Positions 20,571 to 30,307 of a stretch of DNA of 64,000 nucleotides are shown here, piece after piece. A model generated the notes under the pieces. That model was not told where the DNA came from. It saw nothing but the letters and a program-made list of their open reading frames with translations, and ran no database searches. Position numbers and translations under genes: made by a program. The stretch comes from a virus, in the IMG/VR virus record IMGVR_UViG_3300042451_000707, positions 2,385-66,384 of that record; one strand, given 5' to 3'. Numbering within the stretch: position 1 is the stretch's first letter; the number at the start of each line of letters is the position of its first letter.

Positions 20571-22379
20571 TTATTTTGTTCTTTCAAGTTCTTTATCTAA
20601 CTTAATACTTTTTTCTTTCATAAATCTTGAAAATTCCGGACCTTCAAATATAGTTTTAATTTGTTGTTCAGTCATACCTTGAACACCTCTAACCTCAACC
20701 ACCAGTGTACCAAAATCAATTCTAGCATTAAGTTGTTTAGTTTCTATAGGGATTTGATTGGACATCTTATATGATGTTCCTGTTCCCATAATTGCCGATG
20801 TAGATATTGGACGAACTTTATTAGTTGCGGGTTGGGGTTTGGGTATATTTTTAGCGATAGATGCGAATTCTGAACCTGTGAGTTCTTTTCTAAAAAATTT
20901 CTCTACATCACTACTACCTCTTAATTGTGTTGCCGTTTCTTTTAATATATCTTTAACAACTTTAACACTATCCTCACCTAAAATCTCAGCCTTTGTTAAT
21001 AATGTCTGTTCAATATTAGTAAATTTACTTGCTATACTAGCAACACTAGCTTGTCCGGTTGAAACATCACTAACCAAATTAGTTAAACTCTTAATAGCAC
21101 TTGTTACATCCTCTCTAACATCTTCAGTTTTAACTTTTTGTTCAGAAATTGACGTAAATTTTTGAACAATATTTCGTAATCCTTCAATATTTGTTCTAAT
21201 TTCAGGTATCGATACTGCACCAAATTTTCCTGATGCTAACATAGCACTCATATCAGAAGCGATACTATTTAACGCAGTTAATTGACTTTTTTGAATATCT
21301 TCAAGAGTTTTTGGAGCGTTTTTCTGTTGTTCAATCAACTCATCAAACTCTTTTTGATTTAAACTTTGTAGGTCTTTTTTAGTACCATCGTTTAATGTAA
21401 CCTCATATTTACCACCCTTACCCATATTGGCAATATTCGCCAAATATTGTTTGTCTTCTTCATCTTTAAAAGTTAAACCGGCCATACTTACTTCAGATAG
21501 TCTTCTATCTAAGTCTGCGGCGGCAATCGCCGATTTACTTAGAGAACCTGACGCTAAACCTGCGGCTTCCTCCATTTCTCTCAACACTAAAACTCCTTGT
21601 CGATTTATTTGGAACGATTTAGTTTGTTCATCAAAATATGTATATTGTTCCCCTAATTTAGCTAAACTTTCTTGTAAACCCGCAGGGTTGGTTAAAGATT
21701 CGTTCATTAACGCAAATGGGTCTACCAAATTACCCGTTAAAACACCTAACCTTTGGAAAGTTGCCGCCATATTAATAGCATTTTCAGGTGTTAACATTTT
21801 GTCCGCAAAATCAAATGTTCTAGACATATCAAATCTTAACATAGACGCTTGTGCCGCCATTTTACTCAAACCTAAAACCCCTCCCTCAAACTGAAACCTA
21901 TTCATTTTGTCCATATTGTTGGACACATTTGTCATTACTTGTTGAGCATTTAAACCAACACTTTGAATATATGTTATAGATTCTTCTAAAATAGGACCTA
22001 TTTGAGATGTTTCATAACCAACATCTTTAAATTGATTGGTTAATTCCTTTGCTTCAATCCCTAATATTTTTGATGCGGCATATAATTGTCCAACAACTTC
22101 TTTGTTTTCAATCACATTTCTGTTAGACGCAAGAGCAATGTCACTTATGGTACTAACAACATCATCTAATGAACCACCAAGTTTTAATACTTCAGAAGCG
22201 GTATTTGTAAAAGCGAGATTCATCTCTTGAATTCTACTTCTACCTAACGCAAAATTTTTGTTTAGAGTATTGGAACCCGCAACCATTAAATCTACCGCAT
22301 CCCCAAGTGTTTGAATTGGGGATGTTATATCTTTTATTACTTGACCAATTTTGTCAACACCTTCATTCTCTGCCGCCAT
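20571..22379 (-). CDS. Probable tape measure protein
   Basis: Ala/Gln/Met-rich helical 602 aa protein at the canonical position downstream of tube and chaperone. Confidence 0.65.
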   Translation of the reverse strand: MAAENEGVDKIGQVIKDITSPIQTLGDAVDLMVAGSNTLNKNFALGRSRIQEMNLAFTNTASEVLKLGGSLDDVVSTISDIALASNRNVIENKEVVGQLYAASKILGIEAKELTNQFKDVGYETSQIGPILEESITYIQSVGLNAQQVMTNVSNNMDKMNRFQFEGGVLGLSKMAAQASMLRFDMSRTFDFADKMLTPENAINMAATFQRLGVLTGNLVDPFALMNESLTNPAGLQESLAKLGEQYTYFDEQTKSFQINRQGVLVLREMEEAAGLASGSLSKSAIAAADLDRRLSEVSMAGLTFKDEEDKQYLANIANMGKGGKYEVTLNDGTKKDLQSLNQKEFDELIEQQKNAPKTLEDIQKSQLTALNSIASDMSAMLASGKFGAVSIPEIRTNIEGLRNIVQKFTSISEQKVKTEDVREDVTSAIKSLTNLVSDVSTGQASVASIASKFTNIEQTLLTKAEILGEDSVKVVKDILKETATQLRGSSDVEKFFRKELTGSEFASIAKNIPKPQPATNKVRPISTSAIMGTGTSYKMSNQIPIETKQLNARIDFGTLVVEVRGVQGMTEQQIKTIFEGPEFSRFMKEKSIKLDKELERTK

Positions 22380-22424
22380 ATTTTAATAAAATTTTATAAC
22401 TATAAATAGATTAATAATGTTTTT

Positions 22425-22604
22425 TTACTCTTTACGATTCTCTTCAATCCATTTATCTAATAAGTATCTTCTAACAAATACCGGCATTTGAAGAAAATCT
22501 TGGTAAGTAACTTTCATCAAATTATTTAAATAATAAAATTCGTCTATTTGATTTTTTCTATAATCAGAAGAAAGGACGAAAAAAGTCCACCCCAAACCCA
22601 ACAT
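22425..22604 (-). CDS. Short ORF absent from the ORF track; probable frameshift extension of the tail assembly chaperone (gp51/GT-like)
   Basis: +1 frame relative to 22564..23307: ...FFVLSSDYRKNQIDEFYYLNNLMKVTYQDFLQMPVFVRRYLLDKWIEENRKE*. Confidence 0.7.
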   Translation of the reverse strand: MLGLGWTFFVLSSDYRKNQIDEFYYLNNLMKVTYQDFLQMPVFVRRYLLDKWIEENRKE

Positions 22605-23307
22605 TCACTGTCAGCTTTTCTCCGGACGGGGCCATAATTGTTTTAGTCATATCTAATCTAGGTTCGTTCTCATTCATAAAATTTCTAATGTATTTTGAAT
22701 CAGCGATTGGCATTGATTCAACAAATTTAGAAATCATTGAAATATCTGTTGACCCATTAAGTTCAACAATTTCTTTTTGAAGTCTCCATGTAATTTTTGG
22801 AACAATTCTACCTTGAGGGTATGTTTCACTAAGCCGACTAATTTCCATTATTTCACCATAATTAAGAGGTTTTAATTTAACAGATGTTTGAGATTTTGGT
22901 AACATTAATGTAAACGTTCCATCATCATTAGGTTGTTGTCCTTCTATAATTGGTAACTCATTTAATAACACTGTAGTCTTAAATGGTTTTTTAGTTTTTG
23001 GGTCTGTAAGATTTAATTCCATTTCAGGACCAAACGCCGTGTTTCTTAAAAAAATTAATATTGATTCAACATCACCTTCAATTAATTCTTCAACTCTAAA
23101 ATCTGGTTCATAAATTTTTGAACGTAATAAATTAATTGTTAAGTCTTCCGAACCTCCCATTAGAATGTTTTCATCAGAAGCGGTTAAATACCCTACTTTT
23201 AATGACTTTTTCTTATTTTTATAAAAGATTCCTTTTGATGGTAAGACCACCACATCATGTGGTAGTGTAAAATTTTGTTGTCCGTATTGTATTGATTGTT
23301 CATTCAT
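22564..23307 (-). CDS. Tail assembly chaperone / baseplate hub assembly protein (T4 gp26-like)
   Basis: LPSKGIFY, LTASDENIL, GDVESILIFLRNTAFG; lies between tube and tape measure genes. Confidence 0.75.
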   Translation of the reverse strand: MNEQSIQYGQQNFTLPHDVVVLPSKGIFYKNKKKSLKVGYLTASDENILMGGSEDLTINLLRSKIYEPDFRVEELIEGDVESILIFLRNTAFGPEMELNLTDPKTKKPFKTTVLLNELPIIEGQQPNDDGTFTLMLPKSQTSVKLKPLNYGEIMEISRLSETYPQGRIVPKITWRLQKEIVELNGSTDISMISKFVESMPIADSKYIRNFMNENEPRLDMTKTIMAPSGEKLTVNVGFGVDFFRPFF

Positions 23308-23310
23308 ATA

Positions 23311-23347
23311 TAAAAAAATTAACCGTAAAGTTTATTGCTTTACGGTT
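23311..23347 (-). terminator. Intrinsic terminator after the tail tube gene
   Basis: Perfect 10-bp stem AACCGTAAAG/CTTTACGGTT, 7-nt loop, followed by AAUUUUUUU on the minus strand. Confidence 0.75.
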
Positions 23348-23390
23348 AAATATAAATTAAATAAAAATAAATGTAAATGATATAAATATT

Positions 23391-23879
23391 CTAGTAAACT
23401 AACACACATCTATCCATTCTTAATGTTGCTTGAATATCAGCTAAAGCATCCTCACTATATCCTAAAGAACCAAAATTAACATCAGTTAAAAATGTTCCAT
23501 AAAGAATCCATTTCTCAACAACAACACCTGTCGGGTCTAACATTTCTAAATCAATATCTTTCTTATATCCCGCAGCATAACCCATACGACCTGTAACTGA
23601 TTCAGCATGTAAACGAACCCATTCCATAAGTGCTTGAGCCGCAGATGGTCCAATTGGGTCGCGGAATTTAACCGTAATTGGGTCCCAATTAAATCTACCA
23701 GCGACAAATGTTGATGTATTTAAAAATTGGATTTCAGTTGAACCAATTTTTATACTTGGTCTAGCCGCAGTCTCAACAAACCATTCGTTAATCCCTAAAC
23801 TTGATGGGAACCTTAGTATAAATCGATTCTTTCTTTTTGGCTCATAAGGAATCGGCATTTTCATTAATAAATCAGCCAT
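23391..23879 (-). CDS. Tail tube protein (T4 gp19-like)
   Basis: YEPKRKNRF, WDPITVKFRDPI, YKKDIDLEMLDPTGVVVEKWILYG; downstream of sheath. Confidence 0.88.
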   Translation of the reverse strand: MADLLMKMPIPYEPKRKNRFILRFPSSLGINEWFVETAARPSIKIGSTEIQFLNTSTFVAGRFNWDPITVKFRDPIGPSAAQALMEWVRLHAESVTGRMGYAAGYKKDIDLEMLDPTGVVVEKWILYGTFLTDVNFGSLGYSEDALADIQATLRMDRCVLVY

Positions 23880-23973
23880 GTTATTTCAATTTTGTTTTTT
23901 TGTGTTTATATCTAATAAATATACTCTTGATTAAAATTTTTTCTATTTACTTTTTTTTTTAAGAAATTATTCT

Positions 23974-24801
23974 CTAGTTATATAACTTTTTAATACCTCC
24001 AGCAGTAGAATAAGTCTTAACTATGTTATCTGGTTTATCTTTAAAATGTTTACTCATTACTTCTACATTTTTAATATCATCATCTGAAAATCCTATTACT
24101 GGTTCTTCTGGTATGAAATTATTTGAAATCTCGTTTTTAATAAATGCTCTTTTATTTAAAATACCTGACATTCTTTTAATATATGATACAAAATTTTCCA
24201 TTGCCTTTACTTTTAACTCTTCAGGATTAGCAGCACTACCTTCACCAAAAGTTACAGGATGATATCTATTTAATTCCAAATAAGATTTAATTAATTCATC
24301 GTCACTCATGTCATCTTCATCGACGAATGTTCTATATTTTTTTAAATTCTTAACTAATTCATCTTTATCAATACCACCAAAACCACTTATAATATAATTA
24401 TAAATCGCTTTTTTTAATGTTTTCGGATGATGACCTCTTGCTGTGATAATTGAAAAAATTGAACCGTTATTGATTGCTTCTTTAAAGTCGTCAAAAGCTG
24501 GTCCTTTTCTCGCTTTCATAGAATCAACAATAAAATCTTTGTCCCCATCGGTTTTAAAAAATCTAAATGGACTTTCAGTGAAACCAACAATTGTTTCTCC
24601 TTTATATTTGAAAGGAGTTTTACCTACATCGTGTCTATATTCAGCAAAATCATCTGTGCTCATACCAATTTCACCACCGTCTTCTGTTTGTAACATAATT
24701 TTAGTTGGCATATGAACGATATTATCATCCCAATCAAAGGCATAATATTTCATATCTGGTGTTCCTTCTGGTTTAAATCCTTCTTTAAGTTGTCTTTTCA
24801 T
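23974..24801 (-). CDS. HAD-superfamily hydrolase-like protein (likely start MKRQLKEG at 24801)
   Basis: Motif I AFDWDDNI, motif II IITARGH, conserved Lys (ELKVK), motif IV GFSDDD. Confidence 0.7.
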   Translation of the reverse strand: MKRQLKEGFKPEGTPDMKYYAFDWDDNIVHMPTKIMLQTEDGGEIGMSTDDFAEYRHDVGKTPFKYKGETIVGFTESPFRFFKTDGDKDFIVDSMKARKGPAFDDFKEAINNGSIFSIITARGHHPKTLKKAIYNYIISGFGGIDKDELVKNLKKYRTFVDEDDMSDDELIKSYLELNRYHPVTFGEGSAANPEELKVKAMENFVSYIKRMSGILNKRAFIKNEISNNFIPEEPVIGFSDDDIKNVEVMSKHFKDKPDNIVKTYSTAGGIKKLYN

Positions 24802-24849
24802 ATTTGGCAAATAAAGGGGATACAATAGTACCCCCCAATAAGTTTATTT

Positions 24850-27800
24850 TTAAATGTTTTCAAACGAAGCACCTGTTGGTGTGATAAAGAATTCAATATC
24901 AATAAATTCTAATGCTTTCGTAGGTTTTAGGTAAATTTTTCCTGTTAATGTATTTCTATCCAAGTCTTCAGGTGATGATGAAACCGTTACACGGAAATCA
25001 TAAAGACCTCTATCTCTTCTAATTGAATCTAGAATTGGATTAACACTATCTAAAAATTGTTGTCTAACGATTTGGTCATTTTGTTCAAATAATAATCTTA
25101 CCGCTACCGCTGAAATTAATTTACGAGCTTGAAGTAACAATCTTCTTACATTTAATCTGTTAAGAGCCGTATCAGCAACTTGTAAAGTTTTATTACCCCA
25201 AATTACGGTTCCAACATCAGAGAAAGTTGCGATAGGGTTAATTCTACCTTGATACAATGTATCTCTATCTGTTTGTGTAAGTTTAACTCTCGCTTTAATT
25301 GAATTAACAAGACCTCTTGTGTAACCCGCTGATGCGAACCAAGGGAATGATATATTATCTGTTAATGCTAAGTTTCTACAAACTTCACCTGTTGGTGGTA
25401 AATAAATTTGAGTGTTATTTACAGTATCACGAGTTAATATCCAAGGGTAGTAAGTCGCAGTGTAATTAGAGTCAATTCCTGTGTTATCTAAATTATCAAC
25501 AGCTTCTTGAGGATATATTATAAGTTGAGGGTTTGTTGAATCCGGATTATACATCGGATAATCAGGTGTTGTTGCAATATATACTGAATCCGCTCTTGAG
25601 AATTGAACCATATCAATAGCCTCTTCCACAAGATTTGAGTTATTTACATAGTCAATACTTGATGTTGCAAAAATATTAATATTTGTTGATTCAGGATTTG
25701 AAAATGTTAAAATACCAAGTAAATAAGCGTAATAATCAGTATTTGCAAAATCTTGATTGTTGTCTTGAACTGTAATTCTTTTAAACAAACCGTCTCCTGT
25801 TGCATTTGGATATCTTGATGATGATGACGCTCCTGCCAAGTATCCTGAAGCCCCTAATTGGAATCTATCTTCATTAGTTCTCCATTCTCTATATATATCC
25901 CATCCGTCAAAACCTCCCGCAAAACATACAGTATATTTTCTTGAATAAATAAAATAATATGGGTTTTCTTGTGTTTGTGGGTCATTTCTAAATTCTGCAA
26001 CACCACATTCAAATGCGGTTTCTCCGCTTGATTTAGAACTAATTCCGATTGTTACAACAGTTGCACCTGAATCCATATGGAATCCTTTACTTACCACATT
26101 CCAAGGTCTTCCCTCAATTGCAGGATTAGTAACCCATCCTGAAGGAGTTTGTTTTCCTTTATAAGTTAAGAATGATTCATCAATACCATATTGTGTTGAA
26201 AAACCTAAATAACTTCGTCTTACGATATCTCCTGCCGATTCTATAGGTCCTCCTCCAGCACTTGCTCCAAATGGTGGATTTGCAATTACTTCACCAGGGA
26301 AATAATATTTTGTTTTAAATTTAGGATAAGGTGATGGGTATTCATCATAACTTAAATACTCTCTTTGAGTATATCCGTAAAATCCACAAGGTAATGCGTC
26401 TATCGGTGCCTCATCAGCCATTTCAACCATTACGTATTTAGAAATCAACGCAAATTCTCCATTAGAAGAACCTATTTTTTTCGCGATGAAATTATTTGAC
26501 GCCGGGTCCATGTTACAATTTGTGAATTTTTCAATTACAATAGGATTTGCATCAGTATCAAAAAAGTTTCTAACAAATACATCAAACGACATATTATTGA
26601 ATGATAAATTCGCAATTGAAACTTTAACTTCAGTATTTGCAGAATCTCCATCAGAAATTGATATGAACTTAAATAATTTATAAACTTTATTACCTCTCAA
26701 TTCTGAAACCAAATAAGGTGTTTCCGGTGACTGATATCTTTCTAAATTGTATGCGATTGATGATGATTCTTGACTTCTAGCACTCGGTAATGCGATTAAG
26801 TTACAATTCAATCCTCTCACATATCCTTGGTTATAACCATAATTTAAAGAGTTTAAATAATCTTCTTCAACATAAATAGGGACATCAAATCTTGATTTAC
26901 CAAAATTATCAACACCTAAAACTTTTGTTAAATATTTTGATGAAGACGCTAACATTGAAGTCTCAAATGAGAATACTTCATTATCTTTTGTTACACCTGA
27001 TAATAAAAATGTTGCATAAGGTGATTTCGCGATATCCGAATATTGTCCGGTACAAATTAATTGTAAATTGTTTGGTACCCAAGTAGAATTATTATTGTAA
27101 TCAATACCTACTTGATAAACAGGTCCGTGATTGATACTAGTTGAACTATTCTGATATAACGATATACCTCTTGACCGAATAGTTGCAACCACCATATTAT
27201 TGTATTCACTATACGCAGTCCCTGTAAATAAATAAGTATTACCTGTTACGGTTCCGGTAAATGTGTTTGGTGAAACAAGTGATAATGTTGATACAGAATA
27301 ATCAAAAGAATAACCTGTATAATTTCCTGTCGAAGAACTGAAATTTTCAAATTCAAAATTCGCATAAAACCAAACATCGTTAGAGTCTGATGTTAAATCA
27401 TTATCTATGAAATCATTAACACAACCATATGGATTTTGAATTGAACTATATTGAGAAGTTAATATACTATAATCTGTTTCGGGTATAGCTCCGTAAATTA
27501 CTGCAGTATTCGCAGACAATATAGGAGAATTCATTATGTTACCTAAATAATTATTAAAATCATCTTGTAATGTTGATGTACTCCCGTCTTGTTGTCTATA
27601 TTGAACGTTTAAATTTGCTAAAACTTGAGATGGTAAACCCGAACCAAATGTAACAACACCTGATGTTGAATTACCAGTAAATGTTGCGGAAAATGGTGTT
27701 CCAACTGAAGGATTACCAATTGTAGTTGGGTCAACATTTGCAGTAACACTAATAGACCAAGAAGGTCCTGCATCATATCCGGATAAACCAAGAATTCTTG

Positions 27801-28089
27801 TCACAAATAATTGATTTGATTGTTGTAAATATGATTTAGCAATATATGCGGCCTCATATTTTGGTATTTGAGTATTTACGAATTTAACGGGTTCTGTTCC
27901 ACCGAAATACGCTTGGAACTCATCATAATTAGTTATAAAAATCGGTTCAAAGGCCGGTCCTTTAATTGTTTCTCCCACTAATCCTAACGTAGTAACGCCC
28001 ACACTTTGGGCTACGAAAGATAAGTCTGTTTCAGATGTATATACACCCGGAGATACGAATACTTTTTGGTTTGCTTGTGCTGTTGCCAT
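24850..28089 (-). CDS. Contractile tail sheath protein (gp18-like)
   Basis: FVSPGVYTSETDLS start; PWFASAGYTRG, RINPIATF, WGNKTLQ, RLNVRRLLL, LEFIDIEF. Confidence 0.95.
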   Translation of the reverse strand: MATAQANQKVFVSPGVYTSETDLSFVAQSVGVTTLGLVGETIKGPAFEPIFITNYDEFQAYFGGTEPVKFVNTQIPKYEAAYIAKSYLQQSNQLFVTRILGLSGYDAGPSWSISVTANVDPTTIGNPSVGTPFSATFTGNSTSGVVTFGSGLPSQVLANLNVQYRQQDGSTSTLQDDFNNYLGNIMNSPILSANTAVIYGAIPETDYSILTSQYSSIQNPYGCVNDFIDNDLTSDSNDVWFYANFEFENFSSSTGNYTGYSFDYSVSTLSLVSPNTFTGTVTGNTYLFTGTAYSEYNNMVVATIRSRGISLYQNSSTSINHGPVYQVGIDYNNNSTWVPNNLQLICTGQYSDIAKSPYATFLLSGVTKDNEVFSFETSMLASSSKYLTKVLGVDNFGKSRFDVPIYVEEDYLNSLNYGYNQGYVRGLNCNLIALPSARSQESSSIAYNLERYQSPETPYLVSELRGNKVYKLFKFISISDGDSANTEVKVSIANLSFNNMSFDVFVRNFFDTDANPIVIEKFTNCNMDPASNNFIAKKIGSSNGEFALISKYVMVEMADEAPIDALPCGFYGYTQREYLSYDEYPSPYPKFKTKYYFPGEVIANPPFGASAGGGPIESAGDIVRRSYLGFSTQYGIDESFLTYKGKQTPSGWVTNPAIEGRPWNVVSKGFHMDSGATVVTIGISSKSSGETAFECGVAEFRNDPQTQENPYYFIYSRKYTVCFAGGFDGWDIYREWRTNEDRFQLGASGYLAGASSSSRYPNATGDGLFKRITVQDNNQDFANTDYYAYLLGILTFSNPESTNINIFATSSIDYVNNSNLVEEAIDMVQFSRADSVYIATTPDYPMYNPDSTNPQLIIYPQEAVDNLDNTGIDSNYTATYYPWILTRDTVNNTQIYLPPTGEVCRNLALTDNISFPWFASAGYTRGLVNSIKARVKLTQTDRDTLYQGRINPIATFSDVGTVIWGNKTLQVADTALNRLNVRRLLLQARKLISAVAVRLLFEQNDQIVRQQFLDSVNPILDSIRRDRGLYDFRVTVSSSPEDLDRNTLTGKIYLKPTKALEFIDIEFFITPTGASFENI

Positions 28090-28208
28090 TATTTATTAAT
28101 TCTATACAGATTTATTTTATAGATAAATATTCTATATTTTACGAAAAAACTTTACTTTTTAATAAGTATTTATAATAGGTAGGAAAAAATTCTACCTTTT
28201 TTCTCACT

Positions 28209-28370
28209 ATGAAAACCAAGAAAGAAATTAAAAATATTAAAATATCTCCTGAGTCTCACAACACACTAAAAAAGTATTGTGATAAGAGAGGTATTAAAAT
28301 TTATAAATTTTTGGAAAATTTGATAATGGAAAACTGTAAAGAGAAGAAAGATATCTATGGTGAAGATTAA
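28209..28370 (+). CDS. Small ribbon-helix-helix-like DNA-binding protein (absent from the ORF track)
   Basis: 53 aa MKTKKEIKNIKISPESHNTLKKYCDKRGIKIYKFLENLIMENCKEKKDIYGED; beta-strand + helix + G-turn + helix; TATTTAT upstream. Confidence 0.65.
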   Translation: MKTKKEIKNIKISPESHNTLKKYCDKRGIKIYKFLENLIMENCKEKKDIYGED

Positions 28371-29410
28371 ACCAATTTATTTTCAAAGACAATTAAAGCT
28401 TCTTGACTATTATTAATTTTAGTTATTTCAATTCTTAAAATGTCGTTGGTTGTAATTTGTATTGTTTGAGTATCACTACCAAAATAATTATCGTTTATAT
28501 ACACATCAAAAGTATCCACATTATCTGAATTTACGAATGTCATATTAGCTCTAAAATCAATTCTATCCACCAAAGTAGTATTGCCTGTTATAAATAAGAA
28601 ATCAAAGTTAAAGGTATCCGGATTTTTCGGAAATCTATTTCTTCTTTGTCTTCTTGTTGAAGTATCCGCTTCAATTATTTGAGATACTCTTTGAATTGCG
28701 GGTTTAACCTCAAATTCTTCCTCATCAATTAAATAACCTAACATAGTAAAGTCATAATTTTGAACGTAATATTTTCTGGCATCCATTGTCATTTGAGATT
28801 CATCGGAAACATTATCCAATATTATCGGAACATATTGTCCTTTAATAAACGTATATGCTTGTCGTGACGCGAATGTTTGCATTACAATCTTATTCAATTG
28901 ATTTAATTCTCTCATTCTGTTACAAATAATTTTAACACTATACTTGATATCGACAGGGACAGGTTGTGGTATTGTATAGATATCCATACCTTGTTCATTA
29001 CCATTCCAAGTCGGAACCGATGCGTAATAAAATTGTTTTCTATTTGGTATGTTGTATTTTAAAGCAGGGTTTGACCCGTATTTAACTTCGGGACTTCTAA
29101 CGACCGTTATAAATGGTGGATTTGGATTATAATCTAAATCTGTGAATTTATAGGTTTCAACATATTGAGACCAGTTTTGAGTGGTAATAATAATATCTAC
29201 CATTGGAACTATTTCTCCTGCGGTAACAACCTTCAATTCATTTTTAACAAAATCCAACATACCTCTATCCAAATCCGCGTGTAACACCGATTTGGGTAAA
29301 TAAGTCCCATCTTCTTTAATGTATTCCAATAATTCTTGTCTACGAGCAGATAATTCTTTTCGTGGGACTAATGGTAAAGTAGGTTTAACTAGTTTTTTTG
29401 GTAATGCCAT
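28367..29410 (-). CDS. Probable tail terminator/completion protein (gp15-like)
   Basis: PQPVPVDIKYSVKII...MRELNQL motif; lies between neck gene and sheath. Confidence 0.6.
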   Translation of the reverse strand: MALPKKLVKPTLPLVPRKELSARRQELLEYIKEDGTYLPKSVLHADLDRGMLDFVKNELKVVTAGEIVPMVDIIITTQNWSQYVETYKFTDLDYNPNPPFITVVRSPEVKYGSNPALKYNIPNRKQFYYASVPTWNGNEQGMDIYTIPQPVPVDIKYSVKIICNRMRELNQLNKIVMQTFASRQAYTFIKGQYVPIILDNVSDESQMTMDARKYYVQNYDFTMLGYLIDEEEFEVKPAIQRVSQIIEADTSTRRQRRNRFPKNPDTFNFDFLFITGNTTLVDRIDFRANMTFVNSDNVDTFDVYINDNYFGSDTQTIQITTNDILRIEITKINNSQEALIVFENKLV

Positions 29411-29415
29411 ATTTC

Positions 29416-29931
29416 TTAAATACCTTTAAATTCATCTTCCGAAACCCAGGTTGCGGTTATGGTACGATAAAATGGACGATAGCCACCGTAGGTATGTTTA
29501 TTATCCGACTTAACATATCCGTCATCACTTACAACATAATATCTAACTCGGTCTTCAGATTCATAATACCCAATATAATCACCCAAGAATATTTCAACTC
29601 CCACGTCATCCAAAGTTTTTTGATAGATTGAGAATTTCATATTTCCAGGTTCTTTCTGTTCCACTCTTGAAGTACCAATAAATTTAGATGTTGGTGCCAT
29701 TACTTGAACCATACCTTTCAGTTCAACGGGTGGTAAAAATTGAATTCCATCTTCTAATACTTCACCATAAACATTATCGGTCTTCGTTTTATATCTATCA
29801 ATACGATATAGTACAACGGTAAAATTCATATCTCCTTCTAACCATTCTTTTCCCATTTCAATTTCCAACGAATAATCTTCACCTCCAAAAAATTTTCCTA
29901 ACCTTGTTATTGGTACTAAATTATTTTGCAT
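29416..29931 (-). CDS. Probable neck/head-closure protein (gp14-like)
   Basis: TKTDNVYGE...FLPPVEL...GDYI pattern; position in the structural module. Confidence 0.6.
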   Translation of the reverse strand: MQNNLVPITRLGKFFGGEDYSLEIEMGKEWLEGDMNFTVVLYRIDRYKTKTDNVYGEVLEDGIQFLPPVELKGMVQVMAPTSKFIGTSRVEQKEPGNMKFSIYQKTLDDVGVEIFLGDYIGYYESEDRVRYYVVSDDGYVKSDNKHTYGGYRPFYRTITATWVSEDEFKGI

Positions 29932-29935
29932 ATTA

Positions 29936-30253
29936 CTATCTATTTAATTGTTGTTTATACCAAGATTCAGAACTTAATCCTGTTGAAGTTATTACTACTT
30001 TCGCATTTAAAAAATTTTTAAGGTTTTTCTTAACTTCTTCATTCCATTCCATCCTTAAATTATCATATATTCTTGGATTTCCTTTTACTTTTAATAACGG
30101 ACTGTCGTCAGGAAGAATATAAGTAACTGACATATAATACTCATCTTTATCTATTGGTGTTAAATCAAAATCAACAAATGATACTTCTTTTGGTTTGATT
30201 ACCGATAACATTTTTCTAATTGCGTTTTCTAAATTTTCTTGTGACATTTTCAT
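29936..30253 (-). CDS. Hypothetical protein
   Basis: 105 aa ORF with TATTTAT motif upstream. Confidence 0.65.
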   Translation of the reverse strand: MKMSQENLENAIRKMLSVIKPKEVSFVDFDLTPIDKDEYYMSVTYILPDDSPLLKVKGNPRIYDNLRMEWNEEVKKNLKNFLNAKVVITSTGLSSESWYKQQLNR

Positions 30254-30307
30254 ATATTGATAAATACTTTAATTTTGTTTATATTTAATACAAACTTTAC
30301 TTAACGA

